A stretch of 64,000 nucleotides of DNA from Octopus vulgaris. Lineage: Eukaryota. The stretch covers positions 44,392,001 to 44,456,000 of the forward strand of contig OX597824.1 in NCBI GenBank assembly GCA_951406725.2, given 5' to 3'. The notes below the pieces were generated by a model that worked only from the letters and a program-made list of their open reading frames with translations, ran no database searches and had not been told where the DNA came from. The translations under genes were made by a program, and so were the position numbers. Below are positions 13,643-25,694 of the stretch, one piece after another; position 1 is the stretch's first letter; each line of letters opens with the position of its first letter.

Positions 13643-14185
13643 CAGGTTATCCCATAAGTTCTGTCCAAATTTTGAATAAAGAAAATGAGTGATCAAATGT
13701 TATATTTATTTGAAATTAATCATCTTCTATTTATTTACAAGCTTTTTAATCCCATCAATGTAAAACTCTTTGGTTTCAAAGCGAAGAATTCTGAAATGTC
13801 AGTTACATCCTGGCTTGCAAACGTTATGTCTTCCAAATGATTCTGTAAACTATGAAATAAATGGTAGTCTGAAGGAGCAAAGTTGGGAGAATAAGGTGGA
13901 TGAGGAATTTTTTCCCAACCAAGCTCTTCAATCTTCTGTGATGTGATCTTTGCATTGTGAAGTTACGCATTGTCCTGATGAAACATCACTCCATTTCAAT
14001 TCACTAAAGCGGGTCTTCTTTTCTTCAAAGTTTTGTTCAAACACAGTAATTGCTGACAGGAGACTTGAGCATTGATTGTTGCATTAGGTGGTAACAATTC
14101 AAAGTGAATTACTTCTTTGCAATCCTACCAGATAGAGAGAAGAACCTTTTCCCATGAAGTTCACATCTTGGTTGTGGTTGTGGTT
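13643..14185 (-). mobile_element. mariner transposon, 3' fragment
   Basis: Minus strand translates to PHPPYSPNFAPSDYHLFHSLQNHL (mariner YSPDLAPxD motif). Confidence 0.85.
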
Positions 14186-15060
14186 GAAATATTGTATTTC
14201 ATAAATATATTCTATAAATATTTATAATATTTATGTAAATAATAATGGACTAATTTATTTATTTTTGGTTATATGTTTATATATTTATTGATAGAGAAAA
14301 TTTTAGATTGTTAATTACTATATTTATTGATTATAATTTAGATACTTATTTTTATGTATTCATTATTTTATAATTATTAGATGTGAACTTAAATCTAAAA
14401 ATATTAATAGTGATTATTTTGTTAAATAATTTGGTAATTAAATATTGGAGTATAACTGAGTTAAAGATATTCAAGAGTTTATTATGTTTTTTAAAGCCAA
14501 ATTATATCTTCAAAGATAAATACATATTTCTATCTATTTTTTTTACCTTAAAAATTAAATATTTAACATAATAAATGTGTTGTAGGAAATAATCCTAATG
14601 TTTTAAGTTTCTAATTTAGTTAATGGAGTTTTTTCTATAAGAAAAATTATTATTTTATTTATTTCTTAAATAAATATTATTTAACTCTATTTGCTTATTT
14701 ATTTAACTATTATCATTAACCTGAAGATTGACTATAATTTAAAATCAAATTTATTTCAATCGAATTTAAACTTAATTGTAATTCGAATTTAATTGTCACC
14801 ATGAAACGTACGTAGTGTTTTTACTTATTATATTATATATTTATTGTTCATTTTATACTTTTTGAGATCTATTTATAAGTTATATGTTTTATAAAAATAT
14901 ATATTATTTGTTATTTATGTATTGGTTTATGTCTATCACTGTTTGAGTTGCATAATAGTGGTTTTATCTCTAATTTATATTTTATATATTTATACTGTGA
15001 AATTTGATTTAATACTAAATTAAATTTTCCCCCGTAAGTTTGGAGTTATACTCCCCAATA
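14186..15060. mobile_element. Extremely AT-rich dispersed repeat (probable Penelope-type terminal region)
   Basis: 14910-15060 matches the reverse complement of 51490-51640 and also 34430-34505; contains a hammerhead-like motif at 14715-14820. Confidence 0.6.
14715..14820 (+). ncRNA. Hammerhead-ribozyme-like motif with long stem II
   Basis: CTGAAGA (14721-27), stem II tgac/gtca enclosing ~60 nt, ccat, then GAAAC GTAC GTA (14803-14) with a palindromic loop. Stem I is weak. Confidence 0.55.
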
Positions 15061-15061
15061 T

Positions 15062-15093
<32 letters not shown>

Positions 15094-15129
15094 TATATAC
15101 ATACATACATACATACATATATATATATC

Positions 15130-15362
15130 TGTGTGTGTCTGTGTGTGCATGTCTTTGTGTCATTATGCTTGTTCCTCACACTGCTTGACAACTGGTGTTG
15201 GTTTGTTAATGTCCCTGTAACTTAGCAGTACAGCAAAAGATCTCAATGAAAAAAGTACCAGGCTTTAAAAGACATATTTCCTGGGGTTGATTCATTCAAC
15301 TAAAATTCCTTCAAGGTGATGCCTCAGCTAGGCTGCATCTAATGAGTGAAGCAGGTAAAAGA
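15130..15362 (+). mobile_element. SINE family B, 3' half
   Basis: gcttgacaactggtgttgg...taacttagcag...aagtaccaggc...ctggggttgattcatt matches 13310-13480. Confidence 0.75.
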
Positions 15363-15363
15363 T

Positions 15364-15486
15364 ATGAGGATGGGCTGAATGGTTCATAGGCTGTCTATAA
15401 AGGAGTGATTCTATAGCTGTGAAATTTTGCATGCATTAATTTCAACACTTATTAATAACTGCTTTGTTTCTTTCCAGATAAACTGA
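15364..15486 (+). mobile_element. 5' end of the mariner family found at 25.7 kb
   Basis: gttcataggctg...tgcatgcattaatttcaac...taataactgc...tccagataaactga is shared with 25704-25806. Confidence 0.75.
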
Positions 15487-16577
15487 TTTGTAGATTTGGC
15501 ACATAGAAGTTTCTATGGACATCTTCCTTCCAGTATAAAAAGGGAGCTATAGCCATGATATCCTAGTAGTCCATATTTTGTATTTGAGGAGTTAAGATTA
15601 AATAATACTTAGCTAATCTAGTTGGATGGTTGAAAATTCAAAAGTTCATCTAAGAAGGGATTTGACTACAAATATTTTGTGTTTATGAGGACACTCACTA
15701 TTACTGTTCATATATAAGTCTTTCTTAATTTTTTTGTGTAATCTGAGATGTGCTATGAGCTGTTTTTTATTACTACATTTATATCTAAGGATTGGATGGT
15801 GTTATGGTCTGAATGTATGTTGGATCTTAAATGTAAAGTTAGAGTTTACATGATCTTCTTTAAGTTCTTCCACATCTGCTATAATGATTATGTTATCAAC
15901 ATATCTAGTTTAGTTCCTTTCTTTTGCTGCTTTGATTATTATGAATTAGAATTGGGTGCTTGTGTCATAGTGATTCTGTCATCAGCTGATCACACAACCA
16001 TGGATATCACCTCAACAGCTGTGTTGCAGTTTTTCTCTTGACAGAGCTTGACAATCCTGACTATTGATCTTCCAGGATTCCTCTGCTCAACATCAATAAA
16101 AGAAACACCCTTTGCTCAGTTGAGCTCTTCTGCTACCTCTTCACAATCCACCATGCAGTAGCCCCATGGCTTTGCTGTATCCTTGGCAGGATGGCTGAAT
16201 AGGTGCTATGCCTTGCCAAAGGGCAGCCTGTAACTATGCAAGGCATGGTTGTCATTCCATAAGTTATTTTCAAAATACCCACATAGTTTAGATAATATAG
16301 TAATAGTTTTATCAATATATCTAGTTTAAATAATCTGGTTATAATTCTATCATTATAAATATTTCCAAGATCCTTTGTGTTTTACTGCAATGTGTGCAAA
16401 CAATACACCATTACAACCATCACTTTATTTTGAAAATGGGACTGTGAAGATCTTGAAATGTTAATAGACTAATGGATTTGGGAATATTGTTCCAAATTAA
16501 ACATAAAGAAGAGAAAATGAACATCTGTAATATGAAAAAAAAATCAAACTAGAACATAGTCATGTCTTTAATATAAC

Positions 16578-16629
<52 letters not shown>

Positions 16630-16998
16630 ACACACATACACACAATATGTAAATAGCAATCAATACACTATGCTACAAAAACACATCCGTTGTCACTAAC
16701 AAGAAAATCCAGCATCACATCATCAGTATCCTCAAATCCATCCACATTTAGTACAAACAGTCACAAACACACATATACAAATATATACTATACATGCTGT
16801 ACATACATACACAGCCTCCTGCATGAGCTGAGTTTCTATTGCATCTGTGCATTTCAAAGAGTCATTAACATTCTGTTAATTTTTTTGTTGTTGATGTTGT
16901 TGTCACTGTCTTTTTATTTACATTTCATTATTCAGTGTGCAATGAGCTGAAATTATGCATTAGTAAGTTGCACAGTAACATACACTATATGAGAAAGA

Positions 16999-17051
<53 letters not shown>

Positions 17052-17340
17052 TGTGTGTGTGTGTGTGTGTGTCTATATGTATATAGCAATATACATACAT
17101 ATATTTATTCAATAATTTGTTACATTCATTAATGTTTACAATGAAACTTATTATGTATATGTATGCACTTGTATATTTTCACATAAACATGCATATGCAT
17201 GTACATAAATGCGTGTGCATGCATGTCATATGTGTGTGCATGTGTATGAATGTATGTATGTATAAATACACATTTGAACACACATAGATACATATATCTG
17301 TATCAGATAAGTATTTGATTTTTGAGTGTGTGCATATGAA

Positions 17341-17373
<33 letters not shown>

Positions 17374-17429
17374 CAGACAGACAGACAAAGAAAGAGAGAG
17401 ACAGAGAGAATGAAAGAGACCTTTCTCAC

Positions 17430-17458
17430 CTATCCCCACAAAGACATTCTTCGGATGA
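17430..17458 (-). CDS. Candidate 29-nt micro-exon
   Basis: tttaaaatgcag|tcatccgaagaatgtctttgtggggatag|gtgaga; strong donor, modest acceptor. Confidence 0.3.
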
Positions 17459-17803
17459 CTGCATTTTAAACCTTGATGAGGATATCAACATCAAAGTCAA
17501 CAACAACAACTGTCACAACCACATCAATAATTTCTTTAAATAGCAAATGGAACAAGTAGGAAATCAATATTTCACAATGATAAAACAAGATTAGAGATAA
17601 GATAGAAAATAGGGGTAAAACAGAACCACATAGGGTACACTCGGATAAGACAGAGCAGGTAGAAAGGAACAAGTTAGGATGGGAAACAATAGTGGGCAGA
17701 GCATTGATGTGGTTGGGTAGGGATTAGAGAAAGTGTAATGAAATAGTGTGCAATGGGTCTCGGCACAATGGGGGTAGGAGGGAGGGTAGGGGTAGAGCAT
17801 TAC

Positions 17804-17905
17804 TTGAGTTGCTTGTAAATTGTTGCAGCAGTCCTCACCTGCTGCACACCTTGACTTGACTCACTTTTACCAGATGTCTTAGAATGACAACAAACTCCAG
17901 TGGAG
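17804..17905 (-). CDS. Candidate exon with three alternative donors (41/67/102 nt); STGVCCHSKTSGKSESSQGVQQVRTAATIYKQL
   Basis: Acceptor is a (CT)n tract plus ctactttactag. Donors are gtgagt (after 17865), gtgagg (after 17839) and gtaatg (after 17804). Open in phase 2 throughout. Confidence 0.35.
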
Positions 17906-17927
17906 CTAGTAAAGTAGGAGAGAGAGA

Positions 17928-17981
<54 letters not shown>

Positions 17982-18452
17982 ACAGGAAAGATAAATGTCA
18001 ATAAACTCTAGGGTGGCTGGGGATAAAAGGAAAGTAGAGAAGTGAGGATAGAGGTGTGTGTGTGTGTGTGTATATGAGAGAGAGAAAGAGAGAGAGAGAG
18101 AGAGGGGGGGAGTTAAAAATGTGAATAAACTTCAATGGAAGAGGAGGATAGGGATAGAGAGAAAGAGAGAAAGAAACACACAGAAACACAAACATAAACA
18201 CACATAAAAGCAGAGAAAATAAAGGCTGGATGAATGCAATAAATAGTGTAGCCATCAACTAGCTGTGAAGTAGGTAGTTTAAATACTGTCAGGAGCACTA
18301 AGTCTTAAGTCAATGACATTTAACCATTAAATAGCCCAATCTATCTAGATTCTTTTGTTACTTACTCAGAGAAGGAAGAGCAGTATTTATGGCCGTTTCA
18401 AGGACCAGGCTTGAATGCTTGTCACAGGGTGGATTCCACTACAAGCACTCAC

Positions 18453-18497
18453 AGTCCAGGTGTTGGTGTTAAATTGGGTAACAAATTATGTAAACCG
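18453..18497 (-). CDS. Candidate symmetric 45-nt exon (GLHNLLPNLTPTPG)
   Basis: ctatttctatacttcag|...cctggact|gtgagt; length 3n; only phase 2 is stop-free. Confidence 0.5.
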
Positions 18498-18662
18498 CTG
18501 AAGTATAGAAATAGTCCCTCTAACAGACTTCTACCAAGTTTCTATTGACTCTAATTTCATTCAGAGATACATAGGCAATGCACAGGTGGAGCAAGTTAGT
18601 GTTCCTGCTGTTGTGCTAAATTGAATCTGCCATTAGGAAAGAAAGAAATAGAATAAGCAAAA

Positions 18663-19040
18663 AGGCACAGTAATGGCCGTGTGGTAAGAAGTTTGTTTCC
18701 TAACCACATGGTTCCAGGTTCAGTCCCACTGTGTGGCATCTTGAGTAAGTGTCTTCTACTACAGTTCTGGGCCAACCAAAGCCTTGTGAGTGGATGTGCC
18801 AGATGGAAACTGAAAGATGCCTGTCATGTATGTGTGTATGTGTGTTTTTGTCTGCATTTGTCCTCCATCACTGCTTGGCAACCAGTGTTGGTTTGTTTAT
18901 ATCCCCATAACTTAGCAGTTCAGCAAGAGATTGATACAATAAGTACAAGGTTTAAAAAAATAAGTGCTGGGGTTAATTCATTTGACTAAAAATTCTTCAA
19001 GGCAGTGCCCCAGCATGGTTACATCTAATGACTGAAAGAA
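18663..19040 (+). mobile_element. SINE family B, full length, diverged
   Basis: Collinear with 13101-13490 from head to tail. Confidence 0.85.
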
Positions 19041-19076
19041 CTGGTTATAGACAAGAGGGAGATTAACTCTCATATT

Positions 19077-19304
19077 TTAATCTTTTAACATTTAAATCAG
19101 CAATATATGGCCCAGATATTCTACTTATTTTTATGTTTAAATCAGCCAGATCTGGCCTCTAGCACCTACCCTACAATGTCATTCAAAAAATAAATAATCA
19201 CATCATCAAAATCTTGAAGCTATGAGACAATGCATGATTAATTCAAAACAATATGAATAAAAAGGATTACAATTGACAGTGTAATATGAATGCTTAAGGG
19301 TTAA
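19077..19304. mobile_element. piggyBac-type MITE
   Basis: TTAA at both ends (19077-80 and 19301-04) with imperfect TIRs tcttttaacatt / aatgcttaaggg. Confidence 0.65.
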
Positions 19305-20038
19305 ATTACAAAAACTAGAAATAGCACAACATTAAATCATGTGGATCAGTGTGATTTGGAAATGGATAAGCTTTTTATTTTCAAGTTATTTACTTAATCT
19401 CATCTAGTATCATCAAGTAAGGCAAGAGAGTAAACATCACTGTATTACTATATCTATGGTTAACTGTCTCAGCAATTGTTTTCTCGAAAGTGCCCTAAGA
19501 TCTTTGATGCTCTTAATAGCCTCATGGTGTCCAATATCATGGCAATAAAGGGACTTTGAATTTGTTCACCCTCAACAGATGTGCAAAATATTGGAAAGAG
19601 TTCTTTTTAATTCTGGATCAGCATTGATAATTTTTATAAACTTTTCATAGATTTAATATTCATGATGGAAAACAGACTGCATTGAATTTGAAAAATTGAA
19701 GATCTATCTTTACACAGTTGGTTTTAGATCTCTATGGTTCTTACATGGTTGTAGCAACTTTGTTTCTGAGATTCTTTGCTCAAGTCATCAATATATATAT
19801 ATGAAGATATGAAGATATGAAGTTTATCAGTTAAGTAACATATGAAGAAGATATGAAGTTTATCAGTTAAGTAACAAGTGTAGTGCACCTGAGCACTGTA
19901 CACAATGTTTATTATTATTATTATTGATACATGAACACTAAACACAGAGATCGTTAATGCTATTAGTATGGCATCCACTACTTCTATTTATCATATTCAT
20001 CACCATCACTGACAACCACTTCCCCACCACCACCACTG

Positions 20039-20290
20039 CATGGAGGTGGCTCTGTGTTGATTTGGACAGCCATATTACAGAATTCTTTTGCCCCCTTTAT
20101 TGTTCTACATGGTAGTTAACACCAAGGATTATCTGAGAATTTTGGCTGATCATGTCCATATGATTCACAAACATTGTTTCTTGATGGTAGTGCTATCGTG
20201 CAGGATGATAATACACCAATTCACATGGTTAATGTTATTTAAAATTGGTATGAAGTGCATAAAAATGAAGTAGACAGGTTACATGACAGC
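20039..20290 (+). pseudogene. Tc1-family transposase fragment
   Basis: HGGGSVLIW...DYLRILADHVH...QDDNTPIH across frameshifts. Confidence 0.8.
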
Positions 20291-20465
20291 TACAGCCATT
20301 GTTATCAACATCATTGTTGTTATTATTAATATTATGTAAAATATCTGTCTCTCCATATGGATATATATATAACGTTAGCATTCTGTATATCTTACAAAAT
20401 GTAGATTCATCATGGGAAAGCTTGTTGTATAGATTTAGAATGCTAAAAAGCAGAAAATTGTGTCA

Positions 20466-20540
20466 GCAGCATTAGTGGAATTGCTAAATCATGATTTCTG
20501 TGTCTGTGCATGTCATCAATAGCAATTCCACCACTGCTGC
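20466..20540 (-). ncRNA. Type I minimal hammerhead ribozyme with extended stem I (CpG-decayed)
   Basis: gcagcagtggtggaattgcta-TTGATGA-catg cacaga caca-GAAA-T CATG A-TT-tagcaattccactaatgctgc. Stem I arms are ~21 nt with 12 contiguous pairs; stem II restores to cgtg/cacg. Confidence 0.75.
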
Positions 20541-20599
20541 CGGATGCTTTTCTTCTGCTACATTTATTTATGTGCTTCTTTCAGTTTCCATCTGCTACA

Positions 20600-21350
20600 A
20601 ATGCCTATATGAGATTTCTCAAGACAAAATCCTGCAGTTTTGTGGCTTTCGGTACTATATCCACAGCATTTTCATTACCAATAATCTTTTCATTGCTAAT
20701 AATGAATATGCATTTGTTTTTTTTTAGTGGTTTAGTTTGGAGAAATGTTCTCTGTCTATGGATTCCAGGACTCTAATTCCAATGAAAAAGAAGTGGTTAA
20801 TGTTTTCCATGAGTGATAGTGGCAGAAAGCATACAGGTAGTAACAAAGTTCCAGAGAGGTGATATTGTGGGAAGAGAGATTAGGTATACTTAGCTAAATG
20901 CAAGGCTTGGAGTGTTGGACACAATGTCATGAGTGATAAGGGAAAGACAAATGAGTCTGGTGAGTATGAGTATGTCACAAGACCATCCAGTTGTGAGGAG
21001 CAGAGGTCATGTAGTCACATGTGAGACATGAACAAAAAGGGTGATAACATAAGCTATGAAATGAAGTGAGTATTCAGATTGTATGAGTATTGGAGAAGGT
21101 AGAAGTGGGTACAGGGTAAAACATTTTTGAAAAATGGCTATGGGAAGGAAGGTGAAGAAAATGAGGGGGTGAGAATTTTAAAATAGGTGAATACAGGGAA
21201 GTAAGGAATGTGAACATAGAGGTGGGATTATGAAATGCAGTAATTTAGAAAAGTATAGGTTTGGAAAGAGTTGAACATTGAATGATGTGAATATGAAAAG
21301 TAGCGAAGTCAGGAGATATGACTATCACATTGCCAACTGTATTGCTAGTC
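20600..21350 (-). mobile_element. Highly degenerate Penelope-like element, 3' part
   Basis: Fragments DIVSNTPSLAF, TCDYM, FIGIRVLE and RLLVMKMLWI resemble the Penelope linker/GIY-YIG C-terminus; a hammerhead lies just downstream. Confidence 0.4.
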
Positions 21351-21419
21351 ATAGCAGATAGCTATGGCAAATGGCTACAACTATTGCCTTCTCTCTCTCT
21401 CTCTATCCATCTGTCTGTC

Positions 21420-21775
21420 TCTTTTACTCTTTTATTTGTTTCAGTCTTATTTGACTGCAGCCATGCTGGAGTACTGCCTTTAGTCAAACAAATTGACCCC
21501 AGGACTTATTCTTTGTAAGCCTAGTACTTATTCTATTGGTCTCTTTTGCCGGACTGCTAAGTTGCAGGATGTCAGTGATGGTGGGGGCACAAACACAGAC
21601 ACACACACACACACATAACAAGCTTCTTTCAGTTTCTGTCTACCAAATCCACTCACAAGGCTTTGGTCGGCCCGAGGCTATAGTAGAAGACACTTGCCCA
21701 AGGTGCCATGCAGTGAAACTGAACCCGGAACCACGTGGTTTGTAAGCAAGCTATTTACCACACAGCCACACCTGC
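21420..21775 (-). mobile_element. SINE family B
   Basis: Reverse complement of the family-B head, CORE-like domain and tail. Confidence 0.85.
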
Positions 21776-23269
21776 AGCTGTCTATGTATCTTTCTCCAAC
21801 CATCTCACATGATGTTTCAGTTGAGACATTAAATGAGGAAGGTAAAAATCCATTCCAGTGTATTGGCAAAAGAATTGGTTCTGATTGCTTTTACTTTTTA
21901 GGAGTAATAGTTAACATCAAATCAAATGGATCAAGTGTAGAAAATAATGCTAGGAAGTTATGCTGAGAATACAACACATACATAGAAATTATATATTATA
22001 TATAAATACAATGTTATTTTGCCACTTTTTCTATCTGTAATGTCTAGACCTGACTGGTTTAAATGGTGGAATAATTATAATTGAAAGTGTTATTAACAGC
22101 ACTTCATATGTTGTGTAAAACACCATAAGTGTTACTACCATAAAGTTGTAAGTGCAGATTCAAATTAAGACAAAGAGTGAGAGTGTAGTGTATTTTTTTA
22201 ATTATTTGCATTAATAAAAGCAAGATACACAAATACATTCATAGAAATACGTTATACATTCATAGAAATATGTTCATCCGGTAGTGTATTTATAGAAAAT
22301 GTCCTATACAGGGTGTTTGTGAAATACAGTTCCTTTTATCAGTTCTGGTAGAACTGATTTTCCGATTTGAGTATTAAGTCAGTTATACATACTGAATGAA
22401 TATCCAAGCTATGAGTCTAGCTGAATCTAAGATTCCTTTCTGAAGTAAAGATTTTGTTAATGCAACAAAGATTGAAGGATATGCATTATTTAGTAAAATC
22501 AACAGAAAGAATAGTGAAATTACTGGGGGGAGTGGAAAATCCAATGTTGGCTGAATCAGTTGCATACAGTTTTTCAAATACAGAGGATGTAAAACTCTGC
22601 TGTCTTTCTTTTATTTCCCTCCTATCAACCCTAAACAAGGATTCTGCCTGAAACATTGGGTTTCCCACTCCCTATGGGAATTTCACTGTACTCTTCTTCT
22701 TGATTTTTATTTCTATCTGCCCCACCACACAGAGGATAAGCTTCCATGCAATTTGCATCAATCAAATTTTACTCACATGGCATTGATTGACATGGGGTTA
22801 TGGTGGCCACATGATTGCAAAATGAAGCATGTGATTGCTCAGTGAGCTTCTTAAATCACAAGGCTATGAACACGGAGAGTAATAAATAAGAAAGGCAGTA
22901 ATTATAGAGAAGTATGGTAACTGGCAAATTTAGAAATGTTCATGAAAAAGTTGATGAATAGTGGAGTAGTTTGGAAGAAAACCAAAAGAAAGTTCATAAG
23001 TCCCTGGGTTATCTGACCCCAGTTTATAGTAGTAATGGTCATTGACAGAAGCAGTGATTGTGGAAGAGAGGGTATTGGGAGTAGTGGTTATAATGATAGT
23101 GGTGTTATGGATAAGGTTAACTGCTGTTGAGCCCCAGGTCAGCTGTGATACAGCATGGACATATATGATTAAAGGCATTTCAGCCATATCCATCCTACGT
23201 TTTGTGGGGTGCTACTTTAGTATGTGATCTTCTGCAGTATCAGAGTCAATGCTGTGAAATAACCTGATC

Positions 23270-23410
23270 TGAGTTAGGGTTTAAGACAAGGGTTAGGGCT
23301 TAGAGTCTAATCTAGGTTTAGGGTTAGGGGTTAGGTTTAGGTTTAAGGTTTGTGTAGGGGTTAGGTTTAGGTTTAAGGCTTGTGTAGGGGTTAAGGATTA
23401 GGGTTATGGT
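23270..23410 (+). repeat. Interstitial degenerate telomere-like (TTAGGG/TTAGGT) repeat
   Basis: Multiple ttaggg/ttagggg/ttaggt units and a 30-bp higher-order duplication. Confidence 0.75.
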
Positions 23411-24460
23411 ACATGCTAAAGTTTAAAGAGCCAGGTAGACAGCATGCTAAAATGTAAATGGTCAAGTAGACTGCACACTAAAGTGTACTTTTTTGTTACA
23501 TTGTTCAATGAAAACTTCTTTACTTAAGAGGATAGTGTGTGATTTAAGGGAGATTTGGTTGCTTTTCTAGAAATCTGAACAAACTGCACAGAGGTTCCCT
23601 CATCAAGTGAGTAGGATGAGCAGTGATGGTGGTGGTAACATTATAACAATGTGCAATTAGGAAGAATTAAGGGCAGTTAGAAAATAAAACACCAGCCTCA
23701 CCACAGAGCAGTAAACTTTTATCAATCTAATTTCATTAAAGCATTTTAATTGCATTCTCTCATAACTATTATTTCCTCTCTATTTTCATTTTTTTCTCGT
23801 TTTCTTTTCTATTTATGAAAAAAAGTTGGCCCAATCTGTGTAATAGGATCAAAAAGGGTTACCTTGTTCACCCAACACCATCAACACCAATTTAATAGAA
23901 TCACCCCTGCTGTCAACATCACCAGTGCCACTGTGTAGTTAAGGTCAGATCTTTAAAAAAATATGGAAGGGCAGCAATTAGCACTCCACCATCACTCTAT
24001 ATATCCACCCACCACAGGAGATAAATGACTCAGTTTAACCTCAAAAGGGCACTGAAGACAACCACGGTGACATAAGAAAACAAAAATTAGAAGTCACAGC
24101 AGGCAGAAAAGAACTAAAATAATAGAAAGAAAGAAAGGAAGATAAGAACAGGAAAAAATACACATAAAATACCATAAAAGAAAAGGAAGAAGAAAAAGAA
24201 AGATAAAAAGAAAATGGAAAAAAGATGGAGAGAAGAAAAAGAAAAAAATATGAGCAGAAAAGTGAAAGGAGAAAAAGTGAAGATAAAAAGTGAAATAAAT
24301 GAATAAAAAAAATATTAAAAAACAAAGAAAACAGTGAAAATGAAATAAAGAAAAATATAATTGTTCTTTATTCATGTCATAAATTAACAACAGATGCCAG
24401 CCAAGACTAATTTTAAGTTGACTGCACTATTAACTTCATCCTTTTCCTTGTGGTGCGTGC

Positions 24461-24494
<34 letters not shown>

Positions 24495-25412
24495 ATGCAT
24501 GCGTGTGTTGTGTGTGTGTGTGCGCGCAAGGCTGTGAACAATAGATTTAATATTTGTAGCTGATGAAGTGAAAGAAGGCAGAAATACATGATGTCATTCA
24601 CAACTTAATGTGTTTTCATACATAGTTTAGGAGGGGAATTGTCTCTCAGAACTGCTTCCACAGCAAGCAGAAGCTCTTCCTATGTCCAAGTTTGCTCAAG
24701 CATATCTAATATGAATTTACACAAATCATCATTATCATTTAACGACCACTTTTCCATGTTTGCATGGGTCAGACAATTCATTGAAGTGGATTTTCTATGG
24801 CCAGATGCTCTTCCTGTCATTAACTGTTGCCTGTTTCCAAGTGAGGTAATATTTCCCCATGAATAGAATGTTTGCAGGGAATGTTGTAAATGAAGGACAC
24901 TGCTTGCATAATGGTGACATTCGTGTGAGCGTGTTGTGTATGTGTTTACACACACACAAAGACACACACACATGCAGACATGGCTATGCAGTTCAGAACT
25001 TCATACCAGAGATACTGTGTGGCATTTTGAGCAAATGTCTTTTACTATTTTATGGCTTTGGAAGGACCTTTGATCTCATTATATATTGTTATGCCACATG
25101 CAACCTTCTGATAGTATCAACAGGCCCTAATACAACAATCTGTTGTCTGATGGCTCAGAAGACCATGTGGGCAACACTCAGCAAATCAACGTGCTTAGAG
25201 CAGAAGAAGCAGTAGTCAAAGAAATCAGAAGAGATGTGAATAACAAAGCAAACCTATCGAGTATTATCAAAATAAATGGACTTTAATTAAGAGGTGAATA
25301 AAGCATTTACGCAACAAACGGACAGTTCTTTAGAGAATTCTTTTTTTTTTTCCAAAAGAGTTCTTTCATTTGCCTTTGAAATCTTTTGCATTCATTATGT
25401 TGTGTAGCTCAC

Positions 25413-25420
25413 ATTGATTG
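25413..25420 (-). CDS. Candidate 8-nt micro-exon (caatcaat)
   Basis: aatttagtttcag|caatcaat|gtgagc, embedded in ~400 bp of unique CpG-retaining sequence. Confidence 0.25.
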
Positions 25421-25694
25421 CTGAAACTAAATTCAATCTCATAGTCGGATATCATCTTCTAACAGACTCCAAACCATCTCTTGACACTCTCTCCATTCAG
25501 CTTGGCACGCTGCCTTCACTTAAAAAAGTCACATACATCAAAATCACATTGCCTATGCTTAAAAAATCACACTGCCTTCATTCACAAAACCAGAGAGCAG
25601 TGCTCTAATTTGCGTCATGTGAATGAGAAATTATCTATGTATAATTTTTCCCATTTGTAATATTACACACACACACAATGAACATTTCATATAT

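Noticed and set aside
14186-15060. Possible mitochondrial insertion (NUMT), given the extreme AT content
   Set aside because: No recognisable mitochondrial gene, rRNA or tRNA. The right end matches a dispersed repeat found at 34430 and 51490, and it carries a hammerhead-like motif.
19800-19880. Short local tandem duplications (also 22233-22274 and 58768-58817)
   Set aside because: Ordinary slippage-type duplications with no further structure.
22400-22670. Several overlapping 60-65 aa ORFs suggesting a host exon
   Set aside because: Plus-strand fragments (SLAESKI...IEGYALF...GGV) fit a decayed LINE endonuclease; no convincing splice sites.
24041-24390. Hydrophobic Phe/Leu-rich ORFs resembling membrane proteins
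   Set aside because: They arise from a purine-rich low-complexity tract.
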